A stretch of 64,000 nucleotides of DNA from NCBI GenBank assembly GCA_964016885.1, contig OZ024741.1, positions 305,474,001 to 305,538,000 on the forward strand, read 5' to 3'. The notes under the pieces are model-generated. The model saw nothing but the letters and a program-made list of their open reading frames with translations. It made no database searches and had not been told where the DNA came from. The stretch is from Eledone cirrhosa (taxonomy: Eukaryota). Position 1 is the stretch's first letter; each line of letters starts with the position of its first letter. This document shows, in pieces, positions 24,850 through 38,481 of this stretch. The position numbers and the translations under genes are program-made.

Positions 24850-27510
24850 ACTGCACAGGGTAGACGTGGGCTCTGTAAGTCATAGTGAAGGCAGCCCATC
24901 TAGGAGGGCAGTAACTCCGATTAAAGGCTACTGCATGGGGTAGATGTGCGCCCCGTAAGTTGTAATGAAGGTAACCTGTCTAGGAGGGCAGTAACTCTGA
25001 TTATAGACTATTGCACGGGGTAGATGTAGGCTCTGTAAGCCTTAGTGAAGGCACCCCATCTGAGAGAGCAGAGACTCCAAATAAAAACTAACACAGTGTG
25101 GAGAGGACTCTTGAGCCCAGTAAGACAACTTCTCTCGTGTTGGTGACACGAATGATACACCCAGTCCACACTATAAGGTGGTTGGTTATAGGAAGGGCAT
25201 TCGGCTAAAAAAACCCCGCCAAAAATATGAACAGTACGACAAGTACAACTCCTGCAAATTGCGTATACAGAGCTAACACTAGTCATGTTAGTGCTGTACA
25301 CAGTAGTGGTGGTGGTGGTGTGTGTGGGGGGGGGGGGGGACGGTGTAGAGTAGCCATATGTGAAAACCCCTCGACCGTCATCAAATTTTCGTACAACCAT
25401 TTTCCCTTTCGGATATATAAAACTTTTACCCAAGGAAAAAGCGACTGACAAGGTACAACACTCAGGACTGCCACTCTCAAAGGTAATTCAGGTGAAATTG
25501 AGGAACTGCTAGAGAGGAGAGAAGTAGATATCTGCTGTGTACAAGAGGTGAGATGGAGGGGTGCCTCAGCAAGTCTACTGACAGGCAAACAGCTTAGATA
25601 CAAGCTTTACTGGATAGGAAATGACGACAGGGTAGGAAGTGTAGGTATCTTACTAGTTGAGAAATGGATAGCTAAAGTAATAGAAGTAGTTAGGGTAAGC
25701 GACAGAATTATCAAGCTTAGATTAGCAGCAGGAAATAGAATGGTGACAATTACATCTACCTATGTTCCACAGGTAGCGCTGAGTAAAGAACAAAAAGACA
25801 GTTTCTACAAGAACTTTTACAGATAACTTCAGGTACCGATAAAGGTGATCTCGTCATTCTGGCAGGCGACTTCAACGGACATGTGAGGCAGTACCAGGGC
25901 GAATTATGTGGAATTCACGGTGGCTATGGTTAAAACTCAAGAAATGAAGAGGGATTGAGACTTCTGGAAATTTGTGACGTAAATGAACTAACCATTTACA
26001 ACAAGCATTTCAGGAAACCAGCCAGCCAGCCAGCCAAGCGAACACAAAACCAAATTGACTATTTGCTTGTTAGACAACAAGACAAACAGACTGTAATAAA
26101 TACTAAGACCTTCCCTGAGGAGGAATGCACCGCTCAGCACAAGTTAGTTACTAGTGACATCAAAATAAACACAAGACAGAACAAGACACGCAGGAAAATA
26201 TGGAGACGGGGAGTCTGGAAGCTGAAGGACTTCTCTATTAAATATCAGTTTACAAAAGCCCTACGAGATGCATTTGATAAGAGAACTGACGAACTAGATA
26301 CCCATGACATAGACGACAACTGGAAATTCTTACGTAACAACCTTTTGCAAACTACCGACGAGACTTGTGGCTGGAGTAGAGCATCAGCCAGTCAGAGGGT
26401 GACCTGGTGGTGGACAGCCCAGGGACAAGTCTGGAAAGACTGGAAAAATGTGGGTTAGCAGAGACCGGTACCAGGTGGTTAAGAAAGAAGCTAGGCGACA
26501 AATATACACAGCTTGGAGAGAAGATGAAGAAAGAAAGTTTGCCAACGTCATGAGACGGGAGGATCAGAGACGCGAAGTGTTCCGCATTGCAAGGCAGTAT
26601 CTCAGTGTGAATCGTGATGTTGTTTGGGAAAAGTGTGTTAGAAACGACACCGGTGTATTTAGCACCACTAATGCTCAAAAGAAAGAGGCCTGGAAATGTT
26701 ACTATGAGAGACTGATGAATATAGAGAATGAATGGGAGGAAGAGAAACTACCCCCAACCCATCCGGCAGAAGGTCCAGCCATTTAAGTTGACAGTTATAG
26801 GATTAAAGAAACAATCAAAGAGATGAAAAACGGTAATGCTGCACGACCGTCAGAGATAACTGTTGAGATGCAAAAAGCATCGGGAGAAGTAGGAATCGAA
26901 CTAGTAATACGCATAATCAATCAGGTAATATAAGACGGAGGTCATACTCAATGACTAGTGCAGCAGTACAATCGTAAATTGCTACAAGGGCAAAGGTGGT
27001 GCTCTTGAGAGGAACATCTATAGAGGAATAAAACTAATGGACCAAGGTATGAAAGTGATGAAAATAGTTAAAGTACAGCTAATTAGAGAAAGAGTCAAAT
27101 TAGACGAGATGCAGTTTGATTTCATGATGCCTGGAAAAAGAACTACAGATACCCATTTTTTAGTGAGGCAACTACAAGAGAAGTTCTTCGCCAAAAATAA
27201 GCCACATACCTAGCTTTCGTTGAGCTAGAAAAAGCGTTTGACAGAGTACCCCGATCTATTATCTGGTGGTCCTTAAGGAAATTAGGTGTAGAAGAATGCT
27301 TGGTGAGAGCAGTACAAGTCATGTCAGCAAAGTGAGAGTAGGAAATGAGTTTAGTGGGGAATTCAAGGTACAAGTAGGAGTTCATCAAGGTTCGGTCCTT
27401 AGCCCACTTCTATTCATTATAGTCCTCCAGGCTATAACAGAGGAGTTTAAAACCGACTGCCTATGGGAACTTCTCTATGCAGACGATCTGGTCCTTATAG
27501 CTGAACCCAT
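24850..27510 (+). mobile_element. RTE LINE copy 4 (5'UTR with 3x ~80-bp repeat, APE, RT to YADD), 3'-truncated and degenerate
   Basis: CVQEVRWRGASA, AGDFNGHV, QIDYLL, VGVHQGSVLSP, YADD; homologous to copy 3. Confidence 0.88.
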
Positions 27511-27975
27511 TAATGTATGTGCGTGTGTATGCGCGTAAGTGTATGCGTACGCATGTTAGTGTGTGCATTAAAGATAAAAGTACACACACACACACACATA
27601 TAACTTCATTTGTACGCATAGTTAAATGAGAACTTTACTTTTGTAACCTGTTTCATGAGGGGATTAAGTTGATCATGCATAAATAACCACTGTACAGATA
27701 CGTATTTTAAACCACTCTATTACTCTTTTAACCCGTTCTAGCCCATGGATTGTGGCCATGCTGGGACACTTATTTTCATTATGACATTTCGGTATGTTTG
27801 ACAAACCTAGAATACACTAATCTCCTGACACCTAAGAAAGAATAATTATTTTCAAAGAGATACTTGTACACAATAGTGTTAAATAGATGCAATATGATAC
27901 GATGCAGTGTCAAGCAACTCAGTATATATATTATCACCTTAATCAGCTTAACAGCTTTGAAGTTGTACTAGTTTG

Positions 27976-28063
27976 GCAAGTGACTTGAACTGAGATTATG
28001 TGTTGAAACTAAAGTAATTACATATTGCTTTAGTTTCAACATAGTTTCAGATCAAGTCACTTG
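27976..28063. repeat. Imperfect inverted repeat (MITE-like hairpin)
   Basis: GCAAGTGACTTGAACTGA..TGTTGAAACTAAAG / CTTTAGTTTCAACA..TCAGATCAAGTCACTTGC. Confidence 0.6.
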
Positions 28064-28104
28064 CTAAAGAAGCATATCTGGCGCCATTAAGGCCGACTAG
28101 TTAG

Positions 28105-28490
28105 TCTCGGATCCCAAATAATAGAGGGTTGGAATAAGCAGGGGATGGGGTGGACATTTGCTTAAATTCTTATAAGTGTTTTTGTTGGGGGGAGGGGACG
28201 TTGGAATAAACGGGAGCGAGGGATTTGGGAAATCGGTAATTGTATAGTGTACGTTCGTAAATATGGGATTTCTTGTAATGTTCATGAAATCCCATTTTTA
28301 TCATATATAATGATTTTTTAAAGTAAAATAAAATTATTTTAAAATTCTCCAGCTGCTGTATCGATATGAATCACTTGCAATTAAATTTCGCCGGAGATAG
28401 ATTAGCAAAATTTACTAAGCGGGTGGGTGGAAACATCTGAAAAAATTAATAAGCGAGGTGGGGTGGCGATTATTCAAGACCTGGGAGTAG
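28105..28490. mobile_element. MITE, same family as 44727-45050
   Basis: Ends TCTCGGATCCCAAATAAT / ATTATTCAAGACCTGGGAGTA; shares the internal GGAGATAGATTAGCAA motif. Confidence 0.65.
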
Positions 28491-29603
28491 CTGCCTAAGG
28501 TGCACGCCTCAGACAGTCACATCACTGAACCATAGCACTTTTGATACAAAACTGCCTGAAACCGGCGGAGATTTATGATACAAAACAGCTTATTTTGAAC
28601 CGTTTATCCTTATATTAAAACTTTCCGTCATAATTATATTATAATTATATATTTTGTTAAGCAATGATCTAAATATCAGCTTACTAATAAAAAAAACCCT
28701 AGTTATTTTATTAAATTCCTCTAAATTTTTAGTCATTTTCAAAATTAATTGATACCCATAGACAGAATCTTTCATTAGAAACGTTTTGACGAAAGAGTTA
28801 AAGGATCATAGCTCATAGAAATTTGTATAATTAAATTTTATATATAACAATTTCCTGTGATCAATAAATAAATTTCTAAATATTTTTACCACGTACTAAT
28901 ATTGTGGAAATATACACAGCAATGGAAAGTGTCGTATGGTATTAAAATCTATCAGAATATTTGGTGTGGGGGAATGTGAACTGTATAGTGGAAAACGTAG
29001 GCTTACTAGGTTTTATAGTGTAGTCAGGGCAAGAAATGTCAAAAACTTGGTCTGTCAACTTATCAAACTGTAAGTTGTCATTTTATTTGGAAGATTGAGG
29101 TACATAACTGGGAGAAGGTGGCATACACTGCAGAGTTAGCCTGGGTGTTAAAAAACCAGGCTCCGACCCGCAGACAAGTACAACTTCGAAAGCTTCAGCT
29201 AGGCTACCAAAATCCCAGGGAAACATTGTTACATAAAGAAGATAACATCTTTGCAACAAGTTCCCTTCATAGCTTTCTGAATTGGTGGGAAGGCAGGTGG
29301 AAAGGTAACCTCAATCCAGAGACCTGGCCTACAATTTTGCTGTAGGATGGACTTCGTTAAGGTCACCCAAGGGCCAGGTGCAGAGCCTATGGGAGGGGAG
29401 TCCAGCCGGTACTTTGTTCCAGGGCCCAAGAGCTAAGAAGACCCCAGAGCAACCATGTAACATCCATTTTGAGAAAAATCTTTGCCTGCTTCGGGCTCCA
29501 AACGGGTCTTGTACCGCCTTGCAAAATTTTTCTTGGAGGCCCTGGCCAGGTGGTGCTGTTAAACTAGGAAATATATTAAATATGCCATCCAAATAGCCCT
29601 TCC

Positions 29604-29648
<45 letters not shown>

Positions 29649-30524
29649 GGAAGTGAAATAAAAAACAAAACACAAGAAAACATATTTAGATTTTATAGTA
29701 TTATTACGTTTTATGTGCATTCTTTTTTACTGTTTTCTTTTTATTTTGTTCATTGCAGTTGCTGATTGTTGTCTTGTGTAACGGAAAACTGAAATGTTGA
29801 GTGAGTAGACCAAAGTTTTACAGAAAATAAAACAAGGAAAATAATATTATTGAACAATAATCAATTATGAAAACGCATTAAATATATTTTTTTCATATAA
29901 TAGCATAACTAACATTTTGTGAATATTTCAAGCACAAAACTCATATTCAAAGTGGTCGTCTCAACTAGTAGTAGTTTTATATATCAATTTTAACAGTTGA
30001 GATTGGCTGATAATAATAGTGGAGTGGAAAGAATAAAAAAATTAAAAAGTAAATAAATAGTAAAATAAATACATAAATATCTTTCATACTTTTCTGACTG
30101 TCCGCCTTTCTTTCATTTTTTCTTCTTTTTCATTTCGTTCTTCCTTTCTTTCTTTATCTTGTATTCAGTAATCGCTATAGTTTGTTGTTATCGACGGAAG
30201 GGTTAGGGCGAGTTATATAAATAAAGATCACGAGATAGTGCTGTCGTTTACACAGAGAAGCGGAGGTTGAAGAAATACATGTTGAGAGATAGATAAGGCA
30301 TACTGACAAACCGACTGCAAATCCACACGCGCTTGTACACATACACACACTAGACCAACAGAGATTTAAAGACAAAGAAACACCAAACAAATAACACGAA
30401 AACTATCTTTAACAGCAACATTTCTTTCATAACGTATGTATATATTTATACATCAGTATATATTTACTGAATTACATAATGCTATACATATATATGAGCT
30501 TCTCACTTTATTTCCTTATATATG

Positions 30525-30578
<54 letters not shown>

Positions 30579-30935
30579 CCAACACAGGTCAAACTAAATA
30601 TATAAAGCTCAAAATATTGTGAGAGCTACGTAGAAAAAAACCCGTTAGTTTTCATATTTTACGCAATCGTCATGCCAATGGATTGACTCGTAAGGTTCCC
30701 CCCCCCCGTCCTATCTAAGGTACAAATTGAATTTCGAACACATTCTGCTTCTATTTAATATATCTTTTTTTATTCCCCCAAAGATGGAGAAGGGCAAACA
30801 TATACCTTTATATCATTGTGTATGTATAGATATTGATTATACAAATTTTCATCTAACATTATTTGAATAATTGGATGTACAACTCTTTTGAAACATCTGT
30901 AAGGAATTGAAAATGATTTAAAAGCTAATTTTTCC

Positions 30936-32152
<1,217 letters not shown>

Positions 32153-32429
32153 ACTCACCCCAACACATTTGTGGAGTAATATATAATGATCTTTTTAAGT
32201 TAAGAAGGACATTTTGCAGACGGCAGCTTGATGTACATATAGTATACACAGTATATATAGTACATATAGTAGATATAGTACATATTTAGTGGGGTGTAAA
32301 TATTATACATAGTACATATCGTATATATAGTACATGTAGCTGCTGCTCACATCTACATACAATACATCACTACGTACATGTACACATACGAGCATTCTCA
32401 ACATTATACAGAACTTTGAAACAAAGATT

Positions 32430-32435
32430 TTTATT
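32430..32435 (-). promoter_or_regulatory. Candidate poly(A) signal of the sHSP gene
   Basis: AATAAA on the minus strand ~780 nt after the stop, followed by a GT/T-rich stretch. Not verified. Confidence 0.35.
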
Positions 32436-32619
32436 GTACTTCTTGTAAAATAGCAATGTTCATATCATTGTAGTTGTTCGCGTAGCTGTTGTTGTTGTTA
32501 TCATTACTGGTTGTAGTAGTAGTGTTAGTGTGTAGTGGTATCCGCGATAGCAGTCTAAATTTCTACTGTTCAATTCAAAATACTAATTTTTAACTATTTC
32601 AATAGTTTTCTGTTTAAGA

Positions 32620-32931
32620 CAGCGGTTCCCAGCCTGGAGTTCGCAAAGTTAGAACTGGGGCTCCGTGAGCTAAATTCGAGTTTTCAAGAAATTTGTTATA
32701 AATACACATATTGTATATTCATTCTACTTAGAGTCTGTAAGTTCGAAATTTCAAGTATTTTCTTAAAAAACATAATGTGCACTTTATTAGATATTCATTC
32801 TTCTCTTAAGTATGAACTTTTTATAGTTATCTTTGCCGTATAAACAATATCGGAAGGGAGTAATTGTTGTAGAAGTCTGTAGGAAAATTAATTCAAGGGG
32901 CCCTAGGTAGGGCAAAGTTTGGGAACCACTG
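32620..32931. mobile_element. hAT (Charlie-like) MITE downstream of the sHSP stop codon
   Basis: TIRs CAGCGGTTCCCAGCCT / AGTTTGGGAACCACTG; 8-bp flanks GTTTAAGA / ATCTAAGA (degenerate TSD). Confidence 0.75.
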
Positions 32932-33215
32932 ATCTAAGAGAATGTCTACTAATCGAAATTGTTTAGCCAACGGAGAAGAATTTTTTTTAATGAACATCTA
33001 GAAATTCTAATCTACAAATAATTGTTCATTACTTTGAAGTTCTTTCTTTCTTTTTTTTGATTATCAAAGTATTTTTTAAAAAATAAACTCTGTATGCATT
33101 TCTTCTTTCTCTTTAATCCTCCTTCCATCTGTTTTGAAAATAATAATTATAATAATATCAATATGCTTCACGAAAAAAATCATTGCTCTTGTTTGTTTAA
33201 ATCTCAATTATTTCT

Positions 33216-34178
33216 TCAGCGTGGATGTACACTAATGGTTACCATTGGCCGGTTGGCACTGTCAGTTATGGTAAACTGAGATTCTTTGGTCACGACAACT
33301 TTCTTGACATCAGAACTTTGGGTTACGGCGTAGGATTGGCGTGGTAATGGCTTTAGCGGTGCTTCTATCGTAAGTTTACCATCTTCAGCCAGAAAAGCGT
33401 TAACACTCATTGGATCTACAGACTCCGGTAGTTCGTATTCTTTGTTAAATTCTTTATGCATGGTCCTTCCTTCCTTCTTCTCTTCGTGTCGAGCTGTAAC
33501 AACGAGCTTCCGGTCCATGGTTTTAACAACTACCTCTTCAGGTTTAAATTCTCCAATATCTACCTGAAGCTGCAGTTTTCTGGAACCATCTGGTTCTGTA
33601 ATTATTGGGTTCTGCACTGTTGTCTTGTGCGATAAGCTTGGAACATTCTCACATTTTATTGGTAGAAATGTTGCTTCTTTAAAAGGAGATTGTTGGTGTG
33701 TCGGTCCTTCTACTGTAAGAATACCATCTTTACTGACGACACAAGTTATTTTATCTTGGTCAACGTCCCAAGGAATATCAATCTGTCGACTGTACTCACG
33801 GCTGAACGTGGAATTTGCTTTCTTTTCTTCATTTTTACCGTGGATAACGATTCTGTTGTCTTGGATTTTGACTTGAACTTCTTCTGGACTGAAATCAGAG
33901 ACATCAAAGCAAATTTTCATTTTCCTGATACCTTGACTATCAACTTCGTATAAACTTCTGAATCCTTCGATCTTTGAGAACTTATCTACGCTTGTCGTCG
34001 CATCAGTTGGAGTTAAGGTAAAGAAGTCTTCTTTCATTTTCTGGAAATCTTTCTCCCATTGAGAGCGTTTTTCGGTCACCTGAGTTTCTATGCTGTTCCA
34101 GGATTTCTTCTGGCGGTCCTCGAAAGTTAAACTATCCTTCTTTACTGGAATATGAACTTCGGTGCGATAGTGAGCCAT
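33216..34178 (-). CDS. Small heat-shock protein with two alpha-crystallin domains (major egg antigen p40-like), 320 aa, single coding exon
   Basis: ACD1 FDVSDFSPEEVQVK..HGKNEEK..FSREYSRQIDIP..DGILTVEGP; ACD2 VDIGEFKPEEVVVK..ARHEEK..EFNKEYELP..DGKLTIEAP. Intact ORF. Confidence 0.93.
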   Translation of the reverse strand: MAHYRTEVHIPVKKDSLTFEDRQKKSWNSIETQVTEKRSQWEKDFQKMKEDFFTLTPTDATTSVDKFSKIEGFRSLYEVDSQGIRKMKICFDVSDFSPEEVQVKIQDNRIVIHGKNEEKKANSTFSREYSRQIDIPWDVDQDKITCVVSKDGILTVEGPTHQQSPFKEATFLPIKCENVPSLSHKTTVQNPIITEPDGSRKLQLQVDIGEFKPEEVVVKTMDRKLVVTARHEEKKEGRTMHKEFNKEYELPESVDPMSVNAFLAEDGKLTIEAPLKPLPRQSYAVTQSSDVKKVVVTKESQFTITDSANRPMVTISVHPR

Positions 34179-34223
34179 CGTGCTTCTATGTTCGTCTCTG
34201 GTTGTTGGTACCTCTTTGAATAC

Positions 34224-34242
34224 CTACAAATAGGAAATAAGG
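34224..34242 (-). promoter_or_regulatory. 3' splice acceptor ahead of the sHSP coding exon
   Basis: The minus strand reads CCTTATTTCCTATTTGTAG|GTATTC; the exon would start at 34223, 45 nt before the ATG. Confidence 0.7.
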
Positions 34243-34428
34243 AATTATATAGAGACGATATAGATAGACAGTGACAGATAGACAAAGAGTCAAGTATAGA
34301 TAGGTAGATAGATAGATAGATGAATATAAATCGACGGATAAGTGGAAGTCTTACGTACTATGGTTCACTTTTCTTAATTGAAGTGGGATTAATATATAGA
34401 CAAACAGACACACGCCCGCTCTCTCTCC

Positions 34429-34508
<80 letters not shown>

Positions 34509-34513
<5 letters not shown>

Positions 34514-34880
34514 ATACATGGCAACTAAGCCTATATTTTCGTAGGTACTCAGTTTCATGATGGTTTCTGATTAATCGTAGCAGATTAATCTCGTATGCAC
34601 AATCAATCTTCAACATTTATGAAAAATGTATATATAATTCCCGGTCGATGCAATATTTGTTTCAAGGGCGGTGCCCCAGCATGGCCTCAGCCGGATGGCT
34701 GGAACAGGTAAAAGAGTAAAAGAGTAATTCGTTCGATGGCGTAAGGATGTCTGTCATCGAGTAATTCAGGTTACAAAGGTTGGAGATAGACTGTGCACAC
34801 GAGAATAATTTGCTACATCACATACCATCATGAAACTCTGAGTACCCACGAAAATTCGGCTTAGTTGCCATATATTTTAA
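34509..34880. mobile_element. MITE with ~50-bp TIRs in the putative sHSP intron
   Basis: AAAATACATGGCAACTAAGCC..TTTTCGTAGGTACTCAG-TTTCATGATGG vs CCATCATGAAACTCTGAGTACCCACGAAAA..GGCTTAGTTGCCATATATTTT. Confidence 0.75.
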
Positions 34881-35045
34881 GTAGTATAAATTACCACTAT
34901 ATTTACATATTGAGAGCTCATGATTTTTGTAAATACTCCACACTCAAATAACGATTTATATATAAATTATTAATAGTAATAAATGGAAAATATCAATATA
35001 GCATCATATATATCATTGTTTATATATATATATGTGTGTGTGTGT

Positions 35046-35162
35046 AATATAGAAATGGCTTCTACAGGACTAGAACTGTTTCATTCGAAGGAAATCATCG
35101 GCTTTCTTGATGATTTCCTTTGAATGAAACAGTTCTAGTCCTGTTGAAGCCATTTCTATATT
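35046..35162. repeat. Fold-back element built from a hammerhead (same family as 53602-53652)
   Basis: 35046-35099 is the reverse complement of 35109-35162. The right arm has a mutated core: GGCTTTC-TTGATGA..GAAA-CAG ttctagtc CTG-TT-GAAGCC. Confidence 0.75.
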
Positions 35163-35252
35163 AAATATTGTGTATACTTTACTATATATTGAGTACCTTA
35201 TATACTGTGGTTACCCACGATTGAACCCGTATATGTGTGTGTGTGAGGGGTG

Positions 35253-35357
<105 letters not shown>

Positions 35358-36067
35358 AGCAGAAAACTGACCAGAAGTGGTATTTTTACTAGTATATATG
35401 TATAATAGTAATGATTATTGAATTTGCAGAAAAAGAGCTGCACATGCTTAGAAATAGATGGTGAGAACAAATAGCAGTAGCAAAATAGCTTTGTGTTTGC
35501 CTAACGAGGCAAAAGCGAAAGATTGGCTAGTACAGTTAATAAATAAACGAACATAACTGAATAACAACAACAATAAAAAGAAGAAATAAAAGAAAAGAAC
35601 TGTGCTGAGAAATATTAATAATCAAGAAAGTATTAGGTCGTGTGGGAGAAATGTGGCGTTAACACGGCACACGTAAGAGATAACATTTTACCGTAATATG
35701 CCTGTACGTCTGATTAGCCATTACACTGGCTTAATATAACTGTCGTTTAGTTGTAGAAAATAGCAGACGACAAAGAAGTAGAAGAAGAGAACACCACTCT
35801 CAATGTTTTCTGAGTAGGATCAGCTACAAAAGATAATGAAATATTAAAGAAGAATTGATTTGACTCCTTTTCTACTGTTTTCTTTTATTGTATTATTTAA
35901 ATGGTCCCATAACTCCCGATAGAGTCGTAGCGACGCCATATTGATATACGGCGTTTCTTAGGCATTTTAAGCCTGGCGCAGCCCATCCCTCTCCAGGCCT
36001 GAGTATAGCAGATTTTTCCAGAGAAAGATAGAAAGAGAGGAGATGAGAAAGAGATATAGAGGAAGAA

Positions 36068-36228
36068 TCGATCCCCAGTACTAGACTGGTACCGTTTTTT
36101 ATCGACCTCGAAAGGATGAAAGGCAAAGTTGACTTCGGCGGGATTTGAACTACGAGAACAGAGAGCCGGAAGGAATACCACAAAGCATTCTATCTGACAT
36201 TCTAACGACTCTGCCAATTCGTCGCCTA
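36068..36228 (-). mobile_element. Nin-domain-type tRNA SINE
   Basis: The minus strand has GGCGACGAATTGGCAGAGTCGTTAG..GTTCAAATCCCGCCGAAGTCAACTTTGCCTTTCATCCTTTCGAGGTCGATAAAAA..GTACCAG. Confidence 0.8.
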
Positions 36229-36789
36229 TATTATTTACATACTTTCTACCAAATGTGAAATGTTTAATGGAGTTAATAGATATATATCAATATCGTCATC
36301 ACCATCATTCAACGATCGTTTTCCCTGCTAGGGGAAATGACAGGTCATTGCAAAACTAAATCAGTACTTAGTCGGAGCTACTAAGCTCCAAGACAGCCAG
36401 AGTGCTGCATCTTGCTTACATATGTTTCCGCTCTCTACAGAGAACACTGATGTATTTTATCGTGGGACAAGCACCAGAGAGGTTGTCATGTCTTTGACAC
36501 AGCTGAAGAGTCCTTACAACCTTTTTTATTTTAGCATGGTCTCCACAGAAGGATGCCTTTCCTATCATAAACCACATTAGAATGCCGTGTCGTGACGGGA
36601 GGGTCCTTTAAACCCTTTTTATATGATTTATACGGCTTGGAAGCCCTTCCTAACACCAACCGGAATACTGGTGTACATGTGTTACTTGTGCCAAAGACCT
36701 TGTAAATCAGTTGCTGGATTGAAAAGTCACCTCCGTGCATATGGGAGGGTGCAAATTTTCTTCTTCTACTCCCATTTATTCCCGAGAGG

Positions 36790-37215
36790 GTCGCGGGGAA
36801 GAGTCCTCAAACACTCCTTCCAGCGGGTCTTGTCAGAAGCAACCATTTCCAATTGACCCGGCTGAATACCCAAGCGAGGTCAACCAAGCTCATGGATGCT
36901 ATCCAACTATCTTGCTCGGGGTCTACCCCTGGGTTTCCTGCTGGTTGGTTTTACCCGTAAAATCTGTCCAGCGATTTTTTCCTGAGACATTCAAACCACA
37001 TGCCAATAGTATCGGAGCTGTGATCTCTCAATTCAGAGAAGTAGCGGCTTTAGCTAGAGTGACCCTTTTATCTCCGAGTTACGCACTCTATCGAGTAACG
37101 TTACTCCAAAGACTCTTCAGAAGAACCCCATTTCGTCCGCTTGTATTCGTGATCGTATTCTTTCGGTTATTACCCAGGATTCATGGCCATAGGCAAGGGT
37201 TGGCACGAATACCAA
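36790..37215 (-). mobile_element. RTE-1/Expander-like LINE C-terminal fragment
   Basis: The minus strand translates VPTLAYGHESWVITERIRSRIQADEMGF..VTLLDRVRNSEI..ERSQLR, with stops. Confidence 0.7.
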
Positions 37216-37229
37216 ATTGAAGATAGCGA

Positions 37230-37620
37230 GTTTGGTTATTACACCTATCTCCCTTTTGGCGGATTGGTATATATCTTATAGCTCCAATGATAATAAGTTT
37301 GAAACTGAACATGTACCCTGGGTATTGGATCTGCAAACTCCTCATCAATGGTCCAAAAAATATTGTACCCCCCCCCCCCTTTTTTTTTACATTAACATCA
37401 AGTGGGCAACATACTTCTACTACAGAGCATGTTTTAATGTATGGTCACAAACAGCAATATCAGACCGGTTATATAATAATTTGGTAACAGTTTTATTTTT
37501 AGGTTCCACCAGTATTCCTTTGAACCACCAGTCTCAACATATTCCTCCCCATTTGTTATTTTCGTCTCCCGTAATGCATTCCATATTATTCTGGCTACCG
37601 CATCATGCCACATGGGAAGG
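37230..37620 (-). mobile_element. Degenerate R4/Dong-like LINE fragment
   Basis: YLPMWHDAVARIIWNALR..EYWWNLKIK is homologous to 38563-39190. Confidence 0.75.
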
Positions 37621-37791
37621 TATGTATCTATGTATGTATGTTCTTCTGGTTTTATAATTTCACAAATTTTTTCCCAATAGAGAGAGAGTCGGTTTCTAAC
37701 ATAGACACAAGACTCTCTCATTGGAATTTACACATCATCAACTAGGTAGATTATGTATGCATGCATGCATGTGTAGATATGGATGTTATTG

Positions 37792-37848
<57 letters not shown>

Positions 37849-38481
37849 CTGTGCTACTGGTAACATGTATCCCAGTACAACCTGTCTCATGGTCGGGTCG
37901 TTGGCGACTAAACTGGCAACCCCACCAAGGTTTCTTGGTGAGGAGGGTGACTTTGGACATCCTGCAGGACTAAAAACAAAACCTGTCAAAGGGCAAAGGA
38001 ACTCTTAAGAGTCAATGGCTATCCAAAATCACCGGGAGAGATGACCCCTTAGCCTTTGTCAAGGCAGAATTCTAGGAGAAGGAAAACTCTGATATAACAC
38101 CTGCAACTCTGATGCTATCCAATGATGTTGACATGTTCTTCTTTTTGGTAAATATCATCTTGGTTAAGAGAGTGGGACTGGCTTTGTGCAGTGCTCACTA
38201 TAAAAGCTTCACGGCACAGGCATTGTTTTATATCTGGATATCTCTCTGCATTTGTCGTCACACGGTACCATGGGCCCAGCACTATGTGTCAATAATTGCC
38301 ACAAGTTTAGTGTTTGTACCAGAGTTTTCAAGTCGCTGGCTGGACTAAAAAGTCACACTCGTTCAGCGCATCGGTAGGAGTTCTCCTACATGGATATAAA
38401 GTAGTGGCCGTACTCGAAAACGAGTTGGCAGCCACTATGTATGTATGTATGTGTGCATGTATGTATGTATGTATGTATGTA

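Noticed and set aside
30205-30250. TATA-box promoter
   Set aside because: TATATAAA is common at this AT content and there is no linked gene evidence.
36670-36745. C2H2 zinc-finger gene (CYLCQRPCKSVAGLKSHLR; also ~38285-38370)
   Set aside because: Single isolated motif amid LINE debris, more consistent with an RTE C-terminal remnant; no exon context.
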